Of a stretch of DNA of 64,000 bases, positions 37,263 to 49,689 are shown piece by piece; position 1 is the stretch's first letter; each line of letters starts with the position of its first letter. The notes beneath the pieces are model-generated. The model had not been told where the DNA came from. It was given only the letters and a program-made list of their open reading frames with translations, and did no database searches. The stretch covers positions 2,790,001-2,854,000 of the forward strand of contig OZ024742.1 in NCBI GenBank assembly GCA_964016885.1. The letters run 5' to 3'. Origin of the DNA: Eledone cirrhosa (taxonomy: Eukaryota). Both the position numbers and the translations under genes were made by a program.

Positions 37263-37266
<4 letters not shown>
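37079..37266 (-). mobile_element. Family A fold-back insertion in (TA)n
   Basis: Centre aattc-a-gaatt at ~37212. Confidence 0.85.
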
Positions 37267-37315
<49 letters not shown>

Positions 37316-37692
37316 CTGTGTGTCTATTTTTGTGTGTGATCGTGTGCGTGTGCGCCTGTGTCTGCGCGTGTGTGCGTGTGTGTGTGTACATGCATGTGTG
37401 CGTGTGTGTGTATACATGCATGTGTGTGTGTGTGTGTGTATGCATGTGGGTGCATGTGAATACATATGTGTGCTACTGCCTAAACTTCTCATCCCTTTTC
37501 CATAAATATATTGTAAACACAACTCTCTTTTCTTTGGTGTGTTTACTCGTCTTGTTTATTTCAGTTATTATAATGACTGCACAACGCATGCATCTCTAAT
37601 AAGAACTGTGACTAAACACAGCTGCGCTCAAGGTTAATTCAATAACTATTCAACTGTAAGTATTCACGTATTGCACACAAATGTACACTTAG

Positions 37693-37755
<63 letters not shown>

Positions 37756-37804
37756 TATATGTGTGTGTGTGTGTCCTTCTGTATATATATATATACACAC
37801 ATAT

Positions 37805-37839
<35 letters not shown>

Positions 37840-38434
37840 CGTATATATATATATATATATATATACGTATACATATATATATTACATATCAAATGCATGC
37901 ATCCATTCATACATACGTACTGACACATATATATTTATATATACTCTAAATACAATATTCCAAAAGGTTATCGCGTGCAGTGCCTTCATATATTTAATAC
38001 AACACTATATATGTTGAGAACTATCGATGGAAATATTTACATAAAATACACTCGAAAAATTTCAATTACATAAAAAAAGCAAAAATAAAATGGCCGTTGA
38101 AATTTCCGATTCTGTATATATGGAAATTCACAAAGCCTGAGGCATTTTATTTTACTATAAATCTTTAAAATGGTCTACTCTATTTTTTCTATTATATAAT
38201 TTATGTACATTTTAATGGTACATTTTTACTCATGCCTATTTCATTCTTTATCTTTTATTTCAAGCGTGGCAAACATACAATGTGTAGTTAAGAATCTCGG
38301 TTCGTAGAACATGAGATTCTGAGTTCGATCTTATCTAAAGTGTGTGTTAACGTATTGATCGTAGCCTTGGAAATTATTGAGTGAAAAATATTAGTTCAGT
38401 ACCTAAAAGCTCCGTACTATGTGTATATATATAT

Positions 38435-38626
38435 AATTGTTTTTACAATAGGCACAAGGTCAGCAATTATCCCAGTGTATTACTGGTACTTTATTTTATC
38501 GACCCCTGTTAGGATGAAAGGCAAAGATAACCTCGACGGGATTTGAACTCAGAATGGCAAGGGCCATAACTCTATGCGTCAAAGCATGGCGTCCGACCCT
38601 CTACCGATACTGCCAATTCACCGCCC
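38435..38626 (-). mobile_element. Full-length tRNA-derived SINE
   Basis: Reverse complement of 14443-14635. Confidence 0.9.
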
Positions 38627-38942
38627 TATATATATAATATATATATAGGGCGGTGAATTGTATATATATATAATAACACACATATACACACACACATGCA
38701 CAAACATTTACACACACAAACACACACTGACATAATCCCCTTTATTCTCTTTAAAATAAACATATCAGATTATGTTATTTTTGGTAAACTATGACTGTGA
38801 ATGAAACAATGTTTTGTTGAATTTCATATGGCTCTCTTCATCATGATTTCAAAAAACAACAAATCATCATTTCGAAACTGGTAAATAAGTACCAGTCTAG
38901 TACTGGGTCGATATTCTTCTTCTATTAACTATTTTCTCGCAG

Positions 38943-39076
<134 letters not shown>

Positions 39077-39084
39077 CTGACTCT

Positions 39085-39258
39085 CTGTCATTGTCTGAAA
39101 GAAATCGGCTGTGTTCAAATCTGGAGAGGAATGATCTCTGCCTGGTTTCATAGTAAACAATGAACTTGTCCATACGACTCCATCAGGAGTTGGTTGGAGA
39201 AATGATATGTTAGCTACTGTTGGAATCATAGTTACATTGACTACGGGCTAACCGGGGG
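39085..39258 (-). pseudogene. Possible decayed fibronectin type III exon
   Basis: Acceptor ttctttttttag; PG*PVVNVTMIPTVANISFLQPTPDGV, then a frameshift to MDKFIVYYET; resembles FN3 strands A-C. Confidence 0.4.
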
Positions 39259-39766
39259 CTAAAAAAAGAATTACAGGCGCTCATCTGACGGCTAAAGTGG
39301 TCAACTAAACATGGTCAACTAAACAGTACAAGTGAAAATAGTATTGCTATGCATAATGGCGTAGCATTAACATATAATCCAATTATATATAGTTATACTT
39401 TGAGAAGAACATCAATAGTGAAAAACTTACATTCTATCGCCTCAGCGAAATACAGATTCTTATATGTTACATATCTTAGTATAAGGTCTACAAGCGTAGT
39501 AATGCATAACGCTGGACTAATTGTATATCTCTTTATATGCTCACAGTGAAACGGGTGGTCTTTGTATTTATTACTACTAGCACTACACACACACATACAC
39601 ACACACGCCCCCCCCCCCACACACATATATATATATAGAACAATAATAATAAATGTGAAGACCAAAATCCAAAGAGGGCTCGAGAAGGATAAATATATAT
39701 CAAATATATAAGGGATAACCGTTAAGGATGAAAGTAGCGATTCTTTGCTTAAACTTTAATCTGTTA

Positions 39767-39830
<64 letters not shown>

Positions 39831-40455
39831 CACATATATATATATATGTTTATGCCTTTGCGTTTATGTCCTGTCCTGTAAGTTAGAGATTCGGCAAGAA
39901 AAAAAAAGAAAAGAAAAGAGGTCGGTAAAATTTATATTGATAACGGGCTGCTAACTTAAAACCCGGGGTTGATAATGGTTTAGTATATCGAGGTAGCACT
40001 GCAGCATGGCCACAGTCTATTGACTGAAACCAGTAAAAGTATACCAGAAGAAATTACATTTCTGGTGTAATTTGCCCCTTCAGCGAAATGAAATAAAAGA
40101 AAGATGGTTACCGTGTTGTGATAATAACCTCCCGACTATTCTCTCTTACAGCGTCTTTAGTTGATACTATCCGAGTTAACAATCGTTAAAACTATCAGTA
40201 AAAACAATGTCGAGATAAAGATCATATCATCTGAATCACTTAACACAGTTGCATATATTCTAGCGTGGCAGGCAATTTGTTAACGAGACTAACACATACA
40301 GAGAGAGAGAGGGGGAGGGTCAGAGACTGAGAGGCTTCTCTTAACTGATGAGTAGATGAGATATAAAAACATACACATACATATACATATATAAAGGCAT
40401 ACGCATGCATACATACGTGTACACACCCACATAACACACCCACCCACACATATAC

Positions 40456-40577
<122 letters not shown>

Positions 40578-40587
40578 TATTGTGTGT

Positions 40588-41376
40588 TATATTATTGTGT
40601 GTTAGATTTTGCCTACCACAATGTTCGATTTGTCAAGCTATTTAAACGTATGTTATTACTCTAAGGACCTACCTTATCGAGTGCTTTGCTAACTCATCAT
40701 TTCATATAAGTAGGGCGAATTTGCTTGCAAACCGCCACAGATTCGATTTTACTAAATTTCCAAATATATTATTCTCCTAGATTTAATAATTAACTAATTA
40801 ATTTAATTAGACAATTCTGTTGATTGGTTAATTATTTGTGTTTCTTTTATAACATCTAGTCAAGAGCTTATCATGATGATTAACGGAAATTAAAATATTT
40901 CCTTTGTCTAACATTTTGAATGACCCGCCAAAAACCGGGGCTATTTCCCTTGCTGGAATTAACACGTGACAGCTATATATACGATACGCTGCATCTAGCG
41001 GCAACATTTGGCCTATCAGACCGTCCTGGGTAGAACGAATACCTGTTGAAGAACTGAATCCTCTGTTCGATCATGAATACCACGAGCTTGCCAGTCACGT
41101 AAGTCTGATATTTGATTTCGGATTCAGAGAAACACTTTAACGTATAATCGTTTGATTTGTCCAGGTGTATTTTTCTCAACCTGTTAGTTCTATCGTTACT
41201 TTGGTATATTATTGTGTGTTAGATTTTGCCTACCACAATGTTCTATTTGTCAAGCTATTTAAACGTATGTTATTACTCTAAGGACCTACCTTATCGAGTG
41301 CTTTGCTAACTCATCATTCCTATAAGTAGGCCGAATTTGCTTGCAAACCGCCACAGATTCGACTTTACTAAATTTC

Positions 41377-41385
<9 letters not shown>
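40588..41385. repeat. ~615-bp unit with ~180-bp terminal direct repeats between (TA)n tracts
   Basis: 40588-40770 recurs at 41205-41385. Confidence 0.85.
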
Positions 41386-41440
<55 letters not shown>

Positions 41441-41612
41441 TAAGTTATATTTAATTTGTTGGGGTTCGAAAAGCTTAAACATGTTTATAACTGATATAAA
41501 GCAGTAAACAGTTTAGTGGAGTAAATATACAATATATTAATAAATGCGAATTTCAACCGTTGAGGTTGTCTTTTTTCCGGGTATGTCAATATTTATTTAT
41601 AAAACAAGTCTG

Positions 41613-41678
41613 TATTTTAGCTGATGAAAGCGGACCATAATTTACCTTGGTCGCCCTTGAAATATATATAATAAAATA
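41613..41678 (+). ncRNA. Type I hammerhead-like motif
   Basis: tattttag-CTGATGA-stem II with GACCA/TGGTC-GAAA-TATATA-TA-ataaaata; first stem I pair mismatched; distal pairing atttataaaac/gttttataaat. Confidence 0.65.
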
Positions 41679-41721
41679 ATTATGGTTTTATAAATATAGT
41701 TTCCATTTATTAATATATTGT

Positions 41722-41753
<32 letters not shown>

Positions 41754-42137
41754 CATAAAACATGTCTATAGAATCACCAGATAAAATATATACCATTTCC
41801 TCCCCCAGTTAGCATAATTAACTATATAAAAAAATCGAATAGACCAGGCTATAAGAATAAGGCTTCTATGAAGAAATCTCCAACGAATAACCGAAACTAG
41901 CCCTTCGCGTCGGCCGCTACGGAATATTTATCGAATATTTCCACAGCGTAATCGCCCAGATACAGTCAATTAAACAGAATTAGGTGTAAAATAAACTAGG
42001 AGAAAATAGAATACATTTATTTACCTCTACCATGGTTTCGTCCGCATTTTGAGATTTCAAATAACTTTGGAACTCGAGCATCGGACTCTTTTTCATTGAG
42101 CCACAAAGTGACCCGTTGCAAAACGCCTATATGTATG

Positions 42138-42198
<61 letters not shown>

Positions 42199-42201
42199 CT
42201 T

Positions 42202-42237
<36 letters not shown>

Positions 42238-42239
42238 TA

Positions 42240-42293
<54 letters not shown>

Positions 42294-42570
42294 GAAGGAA
42301 ATGTGGTAAGGAACCAGATGGACCATAATGTTTTATATAAACATAATAAATGCATCTATACAATATATAATATATATATATATATATAATGTAGGAGGTG
42401 AGTTTTACTGTAGCACAATAAAGCAATGCAAATATCGGATAAGTAGCACTCTACAGTTTATAGGACTGGAGTATAAATAATATAAGTCAATGATATTTGT
42501 TTTTGAAATGCGCATAATAAAATACTTGGAACTCTTTTAACCATCTTTTGATCTTATATTATATATATAT

Positions 42571-42970
42571 ACTAGCAGAGGTATTCGGCGTTGCTCGTGT
42601 ATAACATTTATGTCAATACTTCAGTGCTGCTTCGAAAACTATACTTTTAAAAATCATCGGCTTTTTCCAAAAGGGGGTTCCTGCCCTCAGGGGTCCCCTA
42701 CTCAATATGTGCCAATTCTGTAGGACAACGTAGCCCATGTGTCAAGTTTTGTGAAAATCGGTTGCGAACTCCAGATGTTATGACGTTTTGTTGCATTGCA
42801 CTGCAGTGCTTCAGTCGACTCCAAGGAAGTGATTAAAGGGGGTTATCTGCCGGGAGGCCCTATAATCAATATCTGGAAAAATGAAAGTGCCCATGACCAT
42901 CCGGAGTACATAAGTAACCTATGTCTTAAGTTTGGTGAAAATACTGTAGAAATGCATAAGGTTTATACAT
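42571..42970 (+). mobile_element. Helentron-associated (HINE/DINE-like) non-autonomous element
   Basis: Starts actagcagag..cggcgttgctcg; contains aagtttt/ggtgaaaat subrepeats; ends in microsatellite. Confidence 0.55.
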
Positions 42971-43149
42971 ACGCGCGTGTGCGTGTGCGTGTGCGTGTGC
43001 GTGTGCGTGTGCGTGTGCCTGTGCGTGCGCGTGTGTGTGGGGGGGGGATGTATGTGTGTGTGCGTATGTATGTGTATGTCCGTCGGGGCATACGTATGTA
43101 CTGGCCTAAATCTTCACTATTTAAATAACCTCTGTCATTTTCGTTTTCA

Positions 43150-43635
43150 ATTTTATTTACATCATTCTTAAACTCCGGGGCTGGAAATCATTCGGTTATT
43201 TTAAATAGAATATTAGTGTAACAACTCCATTTACACCATAAACTTGGTCTTGTCTTTACATTAAATTGTTCTTCTCGGTCCACATAGCGACGTATTATCC
43301 TCGCTTTTTTCCGTTCATTGCCAGGGAACGTCTTCACGAACTAAAATATCGTCTTCCTGTTTTCCTTCGGTTGCAACGTTTCTCGAGATATTTACTTCTG
43401 CGTTCACAGATTACTCTCAGTTCAATTTGAATGGGAAATTCCTGTTTCATCGATTTTCTCCGTAACCATGGAAGTTTCTAGCTTTAAAGTCGACCCAACG
43501 CCTCCTCGGGTCATTCTGTATAACTGTGTAAATTTTCGCTGCATTCCACCAAGCCGTTTCGACGTTTACCCGACTAGACCTACTTACTTACTTAAATATA
43601 CAGCGTCCGACCATTTCCAATTTATATAGTAGATA
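43150..43635 (+). mobile_element. Second HINE-like element
   Basis: tgtgtaaattttc..agccgtttc..(ctta)n..tttatatagtagat 3' architecture. Confidence 0.45.
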
Positions 43636-43974
43636 TATATATTATATATATTGTATATATGTATATATTATGTTTATATAAAATATATTGTATATTATAT
43701 CGTATATATATATATACATAATGGCATACCCATGCAAATATACACGCGCACATCCACCCACGCACCCATATATATACACACACACATACACACATATATA
43801 TTATTGGATCTTCGTCAGTTTCGATGACGAGTGTTCTAGTCGTTCGATCAACGTAAGAGACGGTTTGTAAAATTAATGTTGTGTGTTCTGCAGTCATGTG
43901 TAGCTATAACCGGCCTGAACCGACACAGTATATAATACGACTGGTGTTTTGCATTAGAGATAAAAAGCATTTTG

Positions 43975-44097
43975 TCAGTTGAGTGGACTGAAGCGACGGG
44001 GAATAGAATATCTTGCTCAATGTGGCACGGCTCCACTTGGACTCAAACTCATGACGTATCGCGACTCAACCTACCCACTAAGCCACACGTCTTCACA
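43975..44097 (-). mobile_element. Diverged tRNA-derived SINE of a second family
   Basis: Reverse strand reads gtgtggcttagtgg (A box), gagtttgagtcc (B-box-like), ttgagcaaga..cagtccactcaactg core. Confidence 0.6.
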
Positions 44098-44315
44098 ACT
44101 TATATATTAAAGAAAGAGGTCCCTTAACTCATGAGGGAGTTGTAGGGGCAATCTAGTGCCGTACGGCGTTTCTTTAACCTCACTCTTCAGGCCAGAGTAC
44201 AGCTGAATTCTTCCAGAGAAGGATAGAAAGTGAGAGAGAGGAAGTAAGCGATATAGAGGAAGAACCGACCCCAGTACTTGACTGGTAGTTTTTTATCGAC
44301 CTCAAAAGGATGAAG

Positions 44316-44377
<62 letters not shown>

Positions 44378-44899
44378 GGGGGGGGTGTAAAATATAACTA
44401 TTTGCATGCAGAGAGCTATATAGCAGAGTATATGATTGCAAAATACAAAGCTCAATGTGTGTATGTGTTAATGTGTGTATGTATATATAAAGTTATATAT
44501 TTACAAACAGTAGCAGCTGGTCGTATTTTTAAATTAGCCGGAGTCACTGATATATATACGACCACGTTAATTACCATGTTTATTATCTCTATGTGGTCAT
44601 TCTGTAATGACATGCTATCAGTTAAAGCTAAAATCATCAAAATACGCTGGAAGACTTATATATGCCAATATCGAACAATGATAACGGCACGTCAGCCATT
44701 TTCTATTGTTTTCGTTTTGTCATGGGAATTTGCTGATCAGGAAAATTTTACAAATGTTCTTCTCTAAATAAGGCGTACAACGTTCTTTATATATTTTTAT
44801 AATTTACTGATAGATAAATAGATAGATAGACAGACAGAAAGTTACACAGGCAAATAGACAAATAGACGGACGGACAGACAATTAGACAGATCGATAGGT

Positions 44900-45075
44900 A
44901 GGTCATCGGTTTAGGTAATTTTCAACCTACATTACTCATTCTGAGTTCGCCATATTAGAAATTATTAAATGTTCGCCGAGGTTAACTTTGCCTTTCATCC
45001 TTACGGGGTCGATAAAATAAAGTACCAGTAATACACTGAGATAATTGCTGACCTTGTGCTAAGACTAGAAACAAT
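44900..45075 (+). mobile_element. tRNA-derived SINE, degenerate 5' part
   Basis: 44974-45075 matches the SINE core and tail. Confidence 0.8.
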
Positions 45076-45347
45076 TAAATGTTTTAACAGCTTCAAGTTT
45101 TCTACCGTAAAAACAAACAAAGCCACCGGCAGACATCTTAAATACGTTATTAAATGACAGCTGCTTATAAATCTTTGAGAGGAGCAGAGAGAAATGTGAG
45201 TTCCTCACCACCTGAAATATCATCAAAAGTTCCAGTGGCTGTGTTAGCGTTTGTAACATACGTCTTAATGATGTAGTTTGGTGAGATTAACGAAATCTTA
45301 ATGGTTACGTAAAAACGGATTATGTGGCAAATAAATGAGATTAACAT

Positions 45348-45418
<71 letters not shown>

Positions 45419-45450
45419 TATTGTGGTAGTAGTAGTATTAGTAGTAGTAA

Positions 45451-45496
<46 letters not shown>

Positions 45497-45507
45497 GGTG
45501 GTAGTAT

Positions 45508-45538
<31 letters not shown>

Positions 45539-45539
45539 T

Positions 45540-45587
<48 letters not shown>

Positions 45588-45600
45588 ATAGTAGTATTAC
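45348..45600. repeat. (TAG)n microsatellite
   Basis: Direct reading. Confidence 0.97.
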
Positions 45601-45639
45601 TAGAGGAATATGCATACATACCTCATGCCCTCGTTCTCT

Positions 45640-45689
<50 letters not shown>

Positions 45690-45695
<6 letters not shown>

Positions 45696-46032
45696 ATACT
45701 TTGGGAGGGTCATGTTGCCAATAAGAAACACACGCACCAGTTGCTTTCACTTCAATTTATTATATATTTATAAATTTATAAATTTACAAACTTATAAATT
45801 TCTGGTTAGTTGGTTGGTTCCACAACCAGATAGTTGTTTATATATAGCCATAGTCCTTTCGTAACACACTCTGTGACCTCTTCAGTGACTGGGGATTCCT
45901 TTCTTTGTTTCTGTGCCTTTCCTTTCTTCTGTCCTACGCCATTTTGTTTCTGTGTGTGTGTGTTGTGTGCTCAGTTTGCGCATGCGCCACATCCGGGTTT
46001 CTGTGTGTGTTTGTGTTCATTTATCTATTTGT

Positions 46033-46067
<35 letters not shown>

Positions 46068-46550
46068 CATGTTGTTGGTTGGTTGTTTGTTCTATGTGTG
46101 TGTGTGTTTTCATTTTGTCCTTAATTGTAAGTTGTGATGTTGCTGTTCCACTCATATTTTCTATTTAATTTTGGTTGTAATTCTTTTATGCTTACTGCCT
46201 CTGTAATTTGCCTAAACATTGCATCTTTTCTGTGTGTGGATTCTATTTTTATTTCTATGTTCTCTAATTTACCCTTGTGCTCTATCTTAGCATGTTGGTA
46301 GAGCACAGATGATTCTTTATTATCTTGAAGGTCTCGCCAGTGTTCATTTATTCGTTCCCCTATACTACGAGCTGTCTCACCTATGTACACTATATTTTTG
46401 TTTCTACATTGTCCTTCAGTACATCTTATGCTATACACTACATTTCTAGTTTTACAGTTAATATGGGAGCTTATTTTACAGGTTATACATTTCTTATCTA
46501 TACATGAGGGTCTTTGGAACGGGTATGTCTTGCTAATAAGTGATTTTAAC
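45690..46550 (-). mobile_element. 3' end of a Naiad-like PLE (Cys-rich linker, GIY-YIG, 3' UTR, HHR, tail into (TA)n)
   Basis: C....C..C.......C...NVVYSIRC....C....VYIGETARSIGERINEH...RQITEA..I....P.LN.K.EW. Confidence 0.88.
45846..45890 (-). ncRNA. Minimal type I hammerhead
   Basis: agtca-CTGAAGA-g GTCAC..GTTAC-GAAA-GGAC-TA-tggct. Confidence 0.75.
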
Positions 46551-46617
46551 TATTAAGCTCTGTTACCTACATAGAGCACTCTTTTTTCCTGCACTTTTCC
46601 GACGGAATTACTTCATT

Positions 46618-46658
<41 letters not shown>

Positions 46659-46663
<5 letters not shown>

Positions 46664-47320
46664 AATAAATTATCGAGAATCGGAATTTTGGCCCACGAAA
46701 TAACGAAAGACAATCTTCGAAATGCGTGGCAAAGGGCTCAATAGTTTGGATAAACCAGATCTATAACTATCGTTTAAATACCAACACACAGAGATAATGC
46801 TTAAAATCACTCGCACAGCCGAAAAAAACGACCAAGAATATTCGGGTCAGACAAATAATAATATAAATGAATGAAAAAATCTTTACCCGGACCCGCTAGA
46901 ATGATGGTAAATTCCAGCATTTTGGTTTCTGCGGCTCCTAAATCAGTTACCGTCAGCTTACATAAAAAATATCCGGCTTCTGGCAGAATGATGAACGAGG
47001 AAACCACTTTCTCAACAGGCATTTCGTTCAAATATACAAAGGAACCCGTTACTAAATCCACGTGGGATCTAGCAAGGGAGGGAACCCCTATATTAGGCGA
47101 ATTGATTCAGTAGTGTATATATTTGTAAAAATACAAAATATCACATATCGAATTAGAGTTCTCAACAGACGGGTTAAAATGAACATGAGCTATTCATCAG
47201 TCAATAAGACCAACTAAAAAATCAATAAAATTAACTGGTCAATAGCTAAAGACTGGAGATAAATACAAATAAATTATCGAGAATCGGAATTTCGGCCCAC
47301 GAAATAACGAAACACAATCT

Positions 47321-47324
<4 letters not shown>
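46659..47324. repeat. ~604-bp unit with ~62-bp terminal direct repeats between (TA)n tracts; contains a possible exon at 46887-47068 (-)
   Basis: acaaataaattatcgagaatcggaattt..caatcttcga at both ends. Confidence 0.8.
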
Positions 47325-47372
<48 letters not shown>

Positions 47373-47457
47373 ATATATCTATATTAAAACTTTTATACTC
47401 TGCTATGTATTGAGTACCTTACTTACTGTGGTTACCTCCGATTCAACCCGGAATAAC

Positions 47458-47517
<60 letters not shown>

Positions 47518-47534
47518 TTATATGTATATATATA

Positions 47535-47805
<271 letters not shown>

Positions 47806-48034
47806 GTGTGTGTGTGTGTGTGTTACAAGCTCGACACAATACATTACAGACATTTTTCCTCATTCCTGTTCTAAACCTTCGCAAACGGAGTATTTTACTC
47901 AAAATAATATCAAGCTGTGTTGAATACCATCCTTTTTGTTCTTATCTCAGTTTCATATTCCAACACCATTACTATATGCTTTTAGCAAACACATACACAC
48001 GCGCGCACACACACACAGACACACACACACACAC

Positions 48035-48097
<63 letters not shown>

Positions 48098-48779
48098 TAT
48101 ATATATATAATTTCCAATTTGACAATTTCTCATTCCACTCCCAGCAAAGTTTTATGGTCACAAAATTCTCTATAACTTGTTGATTTCATTAATAAAAGCT
48201 TTTATAGAAAATACGTGTTATTTATTGAGAAAATGTCGCTCGCTGAAAGCTAAAAGAGGGACATATGAAGAATCCTCCAATTTGTTTGCGCTGTTCCTTA
48301 TTGGTTTCATAGATTACACAATTGCTTATATCCCCTTCCCTATCACTGGCCATTTCATTTCATTATAGATGTTTCAGAGTTTTATTGATGTAATATGCTA
48401 GGAAACTTTCTCGGTGTAATTTATAACATTTTATTGATGGTTTCCTGTAGCTAGTAAGTTATAAGTTATGTAAAATTGTCATTTAGATTTACCGAAGACA
48501 TTTTGTGTGTATTTACCATCCATAGCCGATATAATACATCTGGAATGGAGCCTACCATCAATCTGTGGTGAAATTAATTCTGACAGTTGGGAGATATGTT
48601 GGCAAGTTTGCATTTCTTTACACAAAAAAAAGACATATTTCAGAGGCCAATATTATGCAATATTCTGTATTGAAAATATCAGACATACACTCTATTTTGC
48701 CTTGTTTTTTTATGGATTTCGATTTCCACAAAGTCTCAATGAAATCTTACGAGAAATAGTTTAAAATCAATAAATGCTG

Positions 48780-48794
48780 CTCTCTCTCCCCCCC

Positions 48795-48850
<56 letters not shown>

Positions 48851-48875
48851 TCTCTCTCCCCCTATCTCTCTCTCT

Positions 48876-48964
<89 letters not shown>

Positions 48965-48965
48965 T

Positions 48966-49035
<70 letters not shown>
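48780..49035. repeat. (CT)n microsatellite
   Basis: Direct reading. Confidence 0.95.
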
Positions 49036-49036
<1 letters not shown>

Positions 49037-49100
49037 CATCCTTTTCAGGTCGATAAAAAACTACTAGTGGTCAACAGTACAAAAAGGGTTTTATTTACAG

Positions 49101-49206
49101 TATTAACAATTGTTTCATTGATTAGGATGTCTAAAGATTGCTAATCACTTGAAGTTGTGTCACTCAATCTTAAATACAGTGTATGCCTAATCAAATTATC
49201 GGAATA
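49101..49206 (-). ncRNA. Degenerate hammerhead, homolog of 24231-24336
   Basis: tatt-CCGATAA-t TTGATTAGG...CCTAATCAA t-GAAA-CAATTG-TT-aata; compensatory changes in stems I and II. Confidence 0.65.
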
Positions 49207-49276
49207 ACTGACAAAATTACACACGATATTTGTATTTATATTACGGAGAATTCAAATAACAACATCAATAATAAAG

Positions 49277-49530
49277 AAATAAAAATAAAAATAAAAATAA
49301 AAATAAAAATAAAAATAAAAATAAAAATAAAAATAAAAATAAAAATAAAAATAAAAATAAAAATAAAAATAAAAATAAAAATAAAAATAAAAATAAAAAT
49401 AAAAATAAAAATAAAAATAAAAATAAAAATAAAAATAAAAATAAAAATAAAAATAAAAATAAAAATAAAAATAAAAATAAAAATAAAAATAAAAATAAAA
49501 ATAAAAATAAAAATAAAAATAAAATAAAAA
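49277..49530. repeat. (AAAATA)n hexamer array, ~41 copies
   Basis: Direct reading. Confidence 0.97.
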
Positions 49531-49689
49531 ATAAAAAATAATAAAGAAGTTAGAATGAAGATGATAAAAAATAAGATAAAACAATATATACGTGAAAAAA
49601 ATATATGAACATAATATGATTGCTGACAATAGTGGTGGTGATGGTGGTGGTGATGGTGGTGGTTGTGGTTAAAGTTACAGTGGTGTGAT

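Noticed and set aside
42021-42102. Minus-strand GTCCG..CGGAC-GAAA-CCATGG-TA
   Set aside because: Good 3' half and stem II, but the CTGANGA core is destroyed; recorded only as a relic
44508-45310. Possible further minus-strand exons (44508-44645, 45106-45201) and a plus-strand 22-nt micro-exon at 9721-9742
   Set aside because: Splice phases do not join consistently with the 46887-47068 candidate, and no recognisable domain
46121-46550. Selenocysteine (in-frame UGA) in the Naiad-like PLEs
   Set aside because: The linker cysteines read as TGT here and at ~12140-12240; the TGA ending ORF 12256 is explained by a frameshift
48130-48760. Possible decayed DNA transposase (MDGK motif on the minus strand)
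   Set aside because: Many stops and too little motif support to name
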